Shown here one piece after another: positions 1-10,023 of a stretch of 33,000 nucleotides of DNA. The DNA is from Paragordius varius. Lineage: Eukaryota > Animalia > Nematomorpha. The position numbers and the translations under genes are program-made. Position 1 is the first letter of the stretch. Each line of letters begins with the position of its first letter. The stretch lies in assembly GCA_964247055.1 (NCBI GenBank), contig OZ176056.1, forward strand, positions 9,517,001 to 9,550,000, written 5' to 3'. A model generated the notes under the pieces. That model was not told where the DNA came from, did no database searches, and saw only the letters and a program-made list of their open reading frames with translations.

Positions 1-180
1 ATCGATTATAGAGCTTTTCCATTTTTGAGGACACATTATGTAATCAATTTGATTCTTATATTTACCACATGGAGAGGTCCATGTGTATAACCTCCTATTG
101 TGTTGTGGAAACCATGTGTTGGTTATCATTTTATGTAAATTAAATTGATTTATAATATTCCCGCCCTTAATATTATTCTC
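1..180 (-). mobile_element. RTE-clade (BovB/RTE-1-like) LINE fragment, apurinic endonuclease domain; runs off the window start
   Basis: Minus-strand frame 129..1 reads MITNTWFPQHNRRLYTWTSPCGKYKNQIDYIMCPQKWKSSIID, matching the RTE endonuclease motif NTxFxxHxRRLYTWxSPxGxxxNQIDYI. The frame is stop-free from 237 to 1. The 5' boundary of homology is uncertain (about 130-180). Confidence 0.85.
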
Positions 181-574
181 AGAATTGTATGGACAATATT
201 GGATAAGGTTATTCAGATCCTTATTAAAAAAATACCTTCAGTTGATAATGGATCCACCTTGGCCCCTGATAAAAAATATATATTTAGATTTTATGATTTT
301 TTATAAGTTCTAAATAAAATAAAAACATAACCCAATTTCCAAGAAGATAAGGTAAAATATTGTTACAAAATAATTTTCCAAATTTAAAAATTAAACTTGA
401 TAAATCAAGTACATTTTGTCCAAAAATTAATCCTAACTACGCGATTCCAATTGAGCCAATTCTACTCCATTTTCTATATATGAAATTTAATTTTTTAATC
501 AATCTATTAAAATTCCCAAAATATATTTTTAATAAATAATTCTGGGTATTTAACCAATACAAAATTTAATAATA

Positions 575-1791
575 TTTGGTGTGTATACTTATTTAAATAT
601 ATATTTATAAAAAAATTTCTTTTCATGAGATAGCTTATGACCAGCGTATTCATTTGCCGCAAAAATTTTATTTGTTTACCACCTAGTTTTTATTGAGAAA
701 AAATCTAAATCGGGCACAAAGTAAAAATTAAGGATAATAAATGATAATTTAAAAAATAATAAAAAATTTAAGATATTATGTTTGATCATTTATTTAAGGA
801 GATATTTTCTAAATATAAAAAGACTAAAATCTTATTTTCTAAATCTAGTTCAAAAAATGGCGTTTTTCTTTAACACATTTAATTAAAATTTAATGAAACT
901 TTATTTAAATGATTTTTTTTAATTATTTAGCGAAACCTATTTAAATCTTATTCATATTTTATTCAGTAAAAATTACTTATATATCAAAACAACAAAAATT
1001 TGTTTTTTATTTTTGCATTTTTTTGTCATTTGGTTTATGAGTGTATAAATATATACTGTTTTATTTTGTTCTTACATGGGTGGGAATTATTAATTATATA
1101 ATTTAAGCAAAATAATATAAAAGCAGTGGAATATCAACCAACACTTACAAATCCCTGCATTAAGTCTGTTTTATAACAAATTAATATTTTTATTGGGATT
1201 TGTACGGATTGTGGGTTGATATTCCACTACTTTTAAATCCTATTTCGCATAAATTATATATACTTATTCGCACTCATGTAAGATTCTAAAATAAAATAGT
1301 ATAAATATATACTCAAACCATATGACAAAAAAATGTAAAAATAAAAAACATTTTTTGGTTTAATTTGATATATAAGTTTTTATGAATAAAATATGATTTT
1401 ATGATTTTAGTGAGTTTAGGTAGTAAATAAAAAAATATATTAATGTAGTTTCATTAAAAAATTTTGTGTTTTAAGTGTGATAAAAGAAAAACACCATCTT
1501 TTGACCTGAAATTTTATGGAAACCCTAACTCTATGATTTTAGGCTATTTATATATTGAAAATATCTCCTAAAATGATAATAAACGATAATATTTCAGATT
1601 TTATCATTATTTTTTGAATTATCCTAAATTATTCTTAATTTTCACTTTTGGCCCGATTTCGATTTTCTCTCAATCTTTCAAAAGCTAGGTTGTCAACAAA
1701 CAATAATTTTTGCGGCAAATAAATTCGCTGGTCACAAGCTATCTCTAAAAAAAATTTTTGTTAAAAAAATTAACTTTTTGTACACACAGTG
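575..1791. mobile_element. About 1.2-kb near-perfect palindromic (foldback) non-autonomous DNA transposon; right end CACAGTG, CMC/Transib-like
   Basis: About 575-1156 aligns by eye to the reverse complement of about 1195-1791 along its whole length (e.g. gagatagcttatgaccagcg / cgctggtcacaagctatctc; gtggaatatcaacc / ggttgatattccac). The loop is about 40 nt. The right terminus ...tacacacagtg is intact; the left terminus is degenerate and no TSD is resolved. Confidence 0.8.
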
Positions 1792-1903
1792 TTGAATATA
1801 TATCTAGAGAGTCACTATAATTACAATAAAACTCTTAGAAAGCACGATCCACGCGTATTTTAATATAAGTTATAATATCAATAAATATAATTAATCAGTA
1901 TTA

Positions 1904-2063
1904 ACGAAAAACAGGCGGCCTAAAACGAAATGGAAAGATACAGTAAAAAGAGAGCTAGCAGAATACGAGCTTAATGCAGAAGACGCCATAGATAGAGTTT
2001 TATGGCGAGACAGGTTGTATAACATGACCGCTCTCACGAGTGAAAACATGTAAAATAATAATA
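1904..2063 (+). mobile_element. 5'-truncated RTE-clade LINE 3' end with (TAA)n-like tail
   Basis: Frame 1904-2053 reads TKNRRPKTKWKDTVKRELAEYELNAEDAIDRVLWRDRLYNMTALTSENM*, matching the RTE ORF C-terminus (GRPxxxWxDxVxxDL...AxDRxxWR). It is followed by taaaataataata. Confidence 0.8.
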
Positions 2064-2595
2064 CTAAAAACGAAAAACAACGTTTTTGATTAATCAAAGG
2101 AATTGAAAGAAATAATATATTTAAATTAATATATTTTAATTTTGGAATTTAAATCATATATTCATTAATTGTTTGCATTAGTTTATAAAATTAAAAATCT
2201 TAAGGAATTGGCGGAACCAGTTCACAAGAAAAACATCCTTTGTGGGAAATTATTAACCCTTAAAAATACAATAAGATTTGGTCGTCGCATGATAAAAAAT
2301 TAAAACCAATAGCAGATCTAATATTTCTCACATTATTATTGAAAAGCTGGACATACATGACGAACGATCAATAAATCCTTTAAAAACTTCTCCAAACAAA
2401 TATGTCAGACAAAATACCCATCTCTCTTATTTGGAGCAAAATTAATTCTGAAATGCCAATTGTCAATACGTCAAAAGCTCTCCTATTTTGGTCAAATTAT
2501 GAGATCAAAAACTTTTTAATATAATTTAGGAGAACATTCTTCTATCAGAATTAAATTAAACGTTTATTGGCTTCCAAATTTGGGTCAAATTTTGT

Positions 2596-2598
<3 letters not shown>

Positions 2599-2629
<31 letters not shown>
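2599..2629. repeat. (AT)15 microsatellite
   Basis: Perfect AT dinucleotide run. Confidence 0.95.
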
Positions 2630-2634
<5 letters not shown>

Positions 2635-4662
2635 CTTAAACTTAAAAAAACAATTTTAATCAAAATTGTGGGGTGATATGTTAAGTATTATTATATAAAT
2701 TAAAAAAAGTCTTTTTATAATGATTAAAGCGTATTTAAACCGTTTTCATGTTTGAAAATGGCATGCACGAACAAATTTTGACGTATACTTAGTTTAAAAC
2801 AATTTTCTTAAAATATTTTTTTTTAATTTATAGGTGTTCAATATATTTGTCGCGCTATCTCAGTATTTTGGGTTGGAACCATTCATTTTAGGAACCGTCC
2901 GTTTTTCGCAACCTAATGGTAAGACCTAAAACAATGAGCAACGTAGAATTCTTATCATTTTTTTATCAGAATATATATAATTGGGTATTTTCCATACCCC
3001 CCCGGATTTCGTGCACATTTAAATTTTTATTTACAATTTTACAATAAAATTTTTTTTGCAGATTAAACAAAAACAAATATTTAAATTACCTACTCTTTTA
3101 AAACTAGATTTTATTGCATAAACTAAAATTAATCTTTTTAAGTATATTATGTGATCGTGTATAAATCGATATAATTTACTTTGGAACACAAAATGGTAAA
3201 ATTAATAAAATATGGTTAAAAAACATATATTTTAGTTTATACAATATCTCTACTGTATAATTTTATTTTTTAAGAATTTTTGATTCGAAATGCTATTAAC
3301 TTTTAAATTGGTTAAAAAAAATGAAGATAGTATACGATAGTTGTGTCTCCCTTGCTTTATATCATAATATCTAATATATATTATTATAAATAACCATACA
3401 AACTGAATATTAGATACGATTGAAATTATTTATTTATTATTTTGTAGGATGTTATTACCCCATTTTTGGGGTTATATATGTATTATTTAAGACAATAATA
3501 CATATTGGATATCAAAATAAATATAATGGCTGTAAATCATTTGGTTTGTTTCGAAATATGTTTATTGTAGGACTAAACAGATTAACGTATTATTGTTTTT
3601 ACCATCACTCATAACCTACCAATTTTCAATAATAATAGATGAGTGTGGTTTATATATTCGTGTGTTATTATTTAAAAAAACATAAATTTAATAAAATGAT
3701 TGTTTATCAAATTATAGATGCTAGTGTTTCCAATTTGTTCAGTAACGAGAAAACGTTATTCCTCAAATATTAATATTACAGAGACAACGAGTATAAATTA
3801 AAAAAATATATTTTAAAAAGACTACCATACTTGTTCATAAATTATGATTCCCATAAAAAAATGAGCTAGTACCAATTTACATCTCTAATCCCCATTCCCT
3901 AACCTAAAGATATATAAATTCAAAAAAAATACAAAAAAAGATATGGTTGTTAATTTTACATGCTGTCTGTGTAATTTAAATTACTCTAAGATTCGTATAA
4001 AAATAATGTGTGAAAATGTAAAAAATCATTTCCAACTAGCGAAAATTATTAAAAAAATAATATCTTATACGAAAATGGACATTTTCAAAATATCCACCTA
4101 GTGTATAGGTCTCATATTTCTACAAACCAATTTAAATTTAACAATAAACCGACCGGCACAATCTGCTTGCAATTTACTCGTATAACAAAACCTTAAACAT
4201 CTATCTTAAATTGGCGGCTTCGGATCAGTGGATGTAAATCACAATAATACGATAATCTGTGCAGACCGTTACAATAAAAATAAAGTTAGATTCCTATCCG
4301 TAGGTTAGTGATAATAAATTACAAAATTTGATATGGATTAATGTTTACAACAACTCATCCTAATATTTCTCAATTTAAACTTGGTTCAATCAAATAAATG
4401 ATGGATTAATATTGAAACATCGGAGAGAGATTTTTCATCAACAAAAGCGTAATGTAGAATGATGGAAAACAAAACCCCAACACATTCGATTAGGTATATA
4501 TTAAATCTATTAGCCGTAATAAATAAAATTTATTCGTAGTTTCCACGATAGATCATTAAAAAGGGTTAATCTGTAAATGTATTAATCAAACGTAATATTT
4601 TGCAGTTTAAACCGCCGATAACCCATATTTATTTTAATATAGTTGTTAATTTAGTTTCATGA

Positions 4663-6119
4663 TTAGCACTGATTCGTTTGAACATAAACACGATGAGAAG
4701 TTGCTTCTGTGGAAGCGGCCTCCTGATCTCGAAAGATCGGTCTAACCATAACCTCGTATTCTGTATTGGGCAAAACATATGGGAACCGATAATTATCAGA
4801 AAGGGCCTAAAAAGAAATTCACATTAGTTATACAATTACATAAAAAATTTGTGTATGAATAAAAATAAAAGAATTTGTAACACTAAAAATTGATGACAAA
4901 ATATTTATGCGTTTGAAAAATATATGTCTTGATAGTATAATTTCACACTGTAAAAGACAAAATAATATATAACCAGCCTGACATAGTTTAAATAAGTTTG
5001 TCTGCCTTTATTTAATGTCATTTAACCATATGTTTTAATTAAACACTAAAATACGTGCATAATATTTGATCTCTATTTTTATAAAAACCTTAAATATTAA
5101 TGGGTTCGGAATAATTTTTCCATATAATGAAAAACTATAATAAAAAATATACCGAAATAAATCCTTTTTTATTTGGTATATCTCTCCCCGGGCTACTCAA
5201 TAAAATGTCCAGGCCATATATTTCTTTAGCTTTTTCAGGATCATCAATTAAGGGGTTGGCAAGAAAAACTAATAAATCTAGTGAGTTCGTGTTTGCAGCA
5301 GTTGTGCCGTTAATTAGGGAAACAGCCTTTATTTTGACGACCCACCTGGACAAATCTAAAAATTTTAAACAATGTTTTTAGAATAATACACGTAAAAATA
5401 AAAACTTTAATATATTTTACCTTCCTGATTAAGAACATAATGACCTGCATCGTTAAGACTAACTACACCATAAATATGTAAATAAATATAATATAACTCG
5501 AAAATGCCAATAATTCAAAAGCTTTATGATCAAACTAGCCTACTTCTAAATAATTTACCTGATATGCGTTTATAAGCTGAATATGCCCCAATTAGCGGTA
5601 AATTGTGATAAGAAGGTTGAACCTTAATCATATACTCGGTGGACAAAGTAAGTCCCTTGATATCAAATTGAGTTTGCTAAACAAAATATTATAAAGATGT
5701 AAATAAATAAGCAAAATAAATTTAATTAAATTTTATTTAAGATTTATACTTGTCCTATACTACCAGATTTAAGAGAAGCGCCTTCATAGAGATGAGATGA
5801 GTTGTAATAAGCATAAATGTAATAAATATTTTTCCTAAAATTTTGAAGATTTCTAGGATCCTGAAAAAATATCAAGATAGAATAAGTATTTAGGCCGGGG
5901 TTGACTGACAGAACGCACATGTCTAACATTTGAATACCTTTTTCGGATGTCTCAAACAAAGTACATTTCTTTTCCAAATCTATTTTTAAACATTGATTTC
6001 TTACAATAACATTTTTCACCCATTAAACATGTTAATCATTATAAATTTATTTTACCTGATTGAGTTAAACATTGGCCTGAGATAATGCTCAGAATAAGAA
6101 AGATAGCAGCTAGATACAT
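4663..6119 (-). CDS. Secreted (signal peptide) protein with two divergent fibronectin type III-like repeats, about 266 aa
   Basis: Exons (-): 6119-6056, 5979-5750, 5676-5559, 5462-5421, 5355-5153, 4806-4663. All introns are GT-AG, phases 1,0,1,1,0 are consistent, and the total is 801 nt. N-terminus MYLAAIFLILSIISGQCLTQS is a signal peptide. FN3 E-F strand signatures are FDIKGLTLSTEYMIKVQP and YRFPYVLPNTEYEVMVRP. The 5153/4806 junction and the C-terminus are less certain. An acceptor at 6144 and a donor at 6250 suggest a 5'UTR intron. Confidence 0.75.
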
Positions 6120-6814
6120 GGTTTACGGGGGTAGGATGAAATTCTGTAAAAAATTTATTTGAATTAAAATTTAAAAAAATTTAAAATAAAAAAATCGAAA
6201 ACACTCCAATGTTTATACTAACTCTATATTTAAATATATAAGAATCCTACTTCCGCATTCGGCCCGTTGTTAATTACTATCACAATCAAAATTGGATGAT
6301 ATTTAAATATTTATTTTAACACCACTCCTGACCGGTGTTAAACATCAATTATTATCAATCCTAATTGATTGAGATAAAAAAGCATGTCTCATTTTAATGT
6401 AAAATTTATTTTTTACTTACTTATAAGGCAACGGAAAAATTAACACACTATCAAGGTCACCACCGATGTATGTCGCAATGCAAACAATTGTTTTTTGCCT
6501 CACTGATTTTAATGATATAATATATTTAATTAGTCATGTGAATATGTCTCGTTGTATTGAAAATTATAAAGATAAAAATAAAAGAAGTGATCTTTTTTTT
6601 AGATTTTAAATAAAAGCAAAAATTTTAAAATATATTAATTTATGGTTTTATAGGACCTTATTTTTACATAAATTAAGTTAAAACCATCATAAGACAATTT
6701 ATTGCATAGGAAGATATGGCATATTAAAAGCGAAAAACTCAGAGTTAAGAATTAACTTTTAACTAAATGTTTGAAACTTTTCCCATTGAAGTTGCATAAT
6801 ATATAATATATTAT

Positions 6815-7546
6815 CTATTTGCACTTCAAGAGTGTCCTTGAACACTTCAAGATGGTCCTTGAACATTTCAAGTTTTAAACACTTCAAATTGGTCCTAGAA
6901 CACTTCAAGTCGGCCTTTGAACACTTCAAGTCAGTCTTTAGAACACTTCAAGTCGGTCTTTGAACACTTCAAGTTGGCCCTTAAAATATTTATTTGATTT
7001 AACCATAATTTTTGCATGTATTTTTTTATTTTATTGTTTTTTAACCTAATTTTATTTATTTATTATATTATTCATTTAAAAATGAAAATTTTTTATTCAA
7101 AAACCACTTTTATATTTTCTAATTTTTTTCAAATTTAACAAATAATTAACTTTTAAAAGTTTTTAATGAAAAATTGTAAATAATAGCCCAAAAAACTTAT
7201 ATATTTTTTAATTACATGTTAAAATTTTATAAATATCCAAATATGAAATTAATGAAGATATACGGTTACTTAATTATCAAAAGTTGATATTGTTTTAAAA
7301 TATATGTTAAATAATAGAATAAAGGTTAAAAACGATAAAATACATTAATGATTTACGATTTGATTGATAAAAGTTAAAAAGAAAACAAAAAAGTCAAAGG
7401 ACCAACTTGAAGTGTTGAAGGACCAACTTGAAGGGTTTAAGGGCCAACTTGAAATGTTCAAGGACCAACTTGAAATGTTCAAGACCAACTTGAACCGTTT
7501 AAGGACCAACTTGAAGTGTTCAAGGATACTCTTGAAGTGCAAATGG
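6815..7546. mobile_element. Non-autonomous DNA transposon with TIRs built of 21-bp tandem repeats (copy A)
   Basis: Termini CYATTTGCACTTCAAGAG are inverted and TA-flanked. The left arm has about 8 and the right arm about 7 units of consensus CACTTCAAGTTGGTCCTTGAA. The AT-rich core is homologous to 29807-30414. Confidence 0.85.
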
Positions 7547-7881
7547 TATACTATACAATCGGAATCGTGAATTTTATTAAAAATGTACCAATCATCCCGT
7601 TATCGACCCAAGAAAGTTAGTAATAAACCACGGTTTTATAGGAAAAATATTTGTCGTCGTATAATATCAATTTTTGTTGTAAATTAATGCGACCAGATCT
7701 TTGAACCTTGACCCAGTAAAAAATTTACTGTTTTTGTTGTGAAGTAAATTTTTTCTAACTGCCATACTATGAAATTGAAGCTAACATTTTATACACAAAA
7801 AATAAATAAAAAACTGGATACAAATTAACGCATAGGAAAAAAAATTGAGGAATATCCGGAAAAGGTTATCGAAATCATATA

Positions 7882-8998
7882 CACAGTGTACACAAAATAT
7901 ACTGATAATTTTTATATATTTTGATATGAAAACTATCAGGATTATCATGCTTTTGCTTTGTCCCCTCTGAGTTTAGGAAAGTTATTTTCTGTGGCAACTG
8001 CTTTGTATCAGAAAATGAAAATCTGCGCATTTTTTGTTAAATACAATTTTTTGTCAAAAGCTAAATTATTCGTTCCAAAAATATTTTTAAAATATCATAA
8101 CTATATATCAAAAGCAAAACATTTTTTGATGAAGGTTTTGAAAGTTTCATATCGCCCTTCTAAAATGATTGGCTCTCAAATAAAAGCAAAAATGTTAGGA
8201 TTGCGCAATAAAATATATATAACAAATTTTGACATCCAAAAAAGTTTTTTCCTAAAGAACTGATTATTTTATTTAAAAATTTAAATTACGAAATTACGGT
8301 GAAGTTTTACCGTGTTTTGAAACATGGTGGCAACAGTATAAAAGCGCTTTAAAACACTTTTTTATAATTCGATGGTGTTGAACATTTCTATCGCTCGTTT
8401 GTTTTCGAATTGTTAAATATAAACTTTTTAAATATTTAAGCAAAGGAACCTTTAATCAAAAGAGGTGTCGGAAAGGTTCAGCATCTTAGAATTTTATAGA
8501 AAAGATTCTATAATATCTTAAGGCGTTTAGTATGTAGTACGTTTGAACAAATATTTGCTATAATTTAAATTTAGCAAAATACCCATTTTTCGGAAAACCT
8601 TTTTTTGATGTTAAAATCTAGCATAGTTTAGAATTTTTATTGCGATCTGGCATTTTTGCGTTTATTTTTTATATGGTTAGCCCATTTTAGAAGGGCGAAA
8701 AATTTTGGACTTTCGGAGCCCACATCTACAAATTAAAATTTTATAAAAATGTTGTTTTTCTGTTTCCGTGTATTTATCATATATTTTAGTAATATTTTTT
8801 CGAATAAGGCATTAAGCTTTTATCAAAAAATATTTCCCATTTTTTGATATGGAGCAGTTATACCACAAAAGTGTAAATAACATTCATAAATCATTCGTAA
8901 GCAAAACCATAAGATCATGAAAATTCTGATACATTTGCCTTTTAGAATATATATTTCATCAGGCTATTTTATTAAACCCCTCGATTTTGGACGCAGTT
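7882..8998. mobile_element. About 1.1-kb diverged palindromic (foldback) element starting with CACAGTG
   Basis: Arms align as inverted repeats, e.g. cgcccttctaaaatg (8153) / cattttagaagggcg (about 8683) and ttttttgtcaaaagct / agcttttatcaaaaaa. The left terminus is CACAGTG at 7882; the right terminus is degenerate. Confidence 0.65.
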
Positions 8999-9755
8999 AT
9001 ATATAATAAATTTAAAAATTACGGATAATTTTCCCTTTGGTAATTATGAAGGAAAGCAAAATTAAAATCAATTACAACGTAAATGAAACACAAAAATAAA
9101 ACTTGATCAAATTTTAAATAAATCATCATTGTAATAATTATAAATTTTAAGGCCTCATTTACGTAAGAATGAAAGACCATAAGCCTATGCGTGAAGTCTA
9201 AGATTTATGTTTCCGGTACTGCGCAAATAGCTGCAGTCCCAAACCCTCTTCATGTATGATTCGTGCAGAAAATAAATTATAAACCAATTACAAATAGGCC
9301 AATCCTACATTTTTAACGCAAAATAAACCATTTATATTTCACGAATTAAGGTTTTTAGCAAAGGCGTTTTATCTATTCTACAATAATTTTGTATAGATAA
9401 AAGGTAATTGATAATTTTTGATTTTTAACATTAAAAAAGCAGTACAGAAGTTAGCTCAGTACAGACGCAGTTGTTTTCTGAAAACCCAGTACTGTACGGC
9501 GAAAAACAGCCTATCTGGTCATATTACTGTATGTATACATATGTATACATCTTTAAAATGTTTTAGTATTGTTGAAGTTAAAGGAATTCAACAAATTAAG
9601 AGTATTAATAAAAGGTATAAACCCTGATATGAAGTAAAATTAACGTTTTTGAAAGTGGGAGTTGAATAAAACAATAACCTTACAATGGACTATTAGCCTT
9701 ATATTTTTTTAAGGTAAAGTTAAAGAAATTAACATATAAGGAGTATTACAATTAC

Positions 9756-9803
9756 ATATATATACATATATATATATATATATATCCATATATATATATA
9801 TAT
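9756..9803. repeat. Imperfect (TA)n microsatellite
   Basis: Interrupted TA run. Confidence 0.9.
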
Positions 9804-10023
9804 TATAAAGGGTTCCTAGTATTAACTAACAAACCTTAATAGAAAACATTTACCTTAGTAAACAAAAATAAAGAGGCATTTATGAAATAAATTAGGCTGG
9901 AAAAGTTTTAACTTTGGGATTAAAATTCAGCTATTAAAATAAATTTCGGAATACTACAAGTAGTCCAACCCAAAAATAAAATTAAAATATAAACTTTTTG
10001 AAATAAATTAACCAGCTGGTGTC

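Noticed and set aside
1891-2097. Minus-strand 68-aa ORF
   Set aside because: Antisense shadow of the RTE LINE 3' end.
2200-2560. Short open frames suggesting a decayed TE ORF
   Set aside because: No recognisable domain motif.
5127-5381. Plus-strand 84-aa ORF
   Set aside because: Antisense shadow of FN3-gene exon 5355-5153.
6822-6980. GAA/TTC arrays resembling heat-shock elements
   Set aside because: Spacing is GAA-NNN-TTC (3 nt) rather than the 2 nt of nGAAnnTTCn.
6822-6980. Short regularly spaced repeats resembling a CRISPR array
   Set aside because: The units are contiguous with no unique spacers, and the context is an intron-containing eukaryotic genome.
7345-7570. ORFs with heptad, leucine-zipper-like repeats (KDQLEVF / LKLVLEH), also at 29721-29960 and 30191-30457
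   Set aside because: They are translations of the 21-bp (7-codon) minisatellite in the transposon arms, open on both strands. No other evidence of coding function.
7958-8263. 101-aa ORF from the track
   Set aside because: It lies in the left arm of the 7882-8998 palindrome, has low-complexity K/F/I/L composition and no transposase motif.
9170-9535. Two GC-richer islands followed by donor-like gtatga / gtatgt
   Set aside because: Several frames are open, acceptors are weak, and there is no recognisable peptide or consistent chain.
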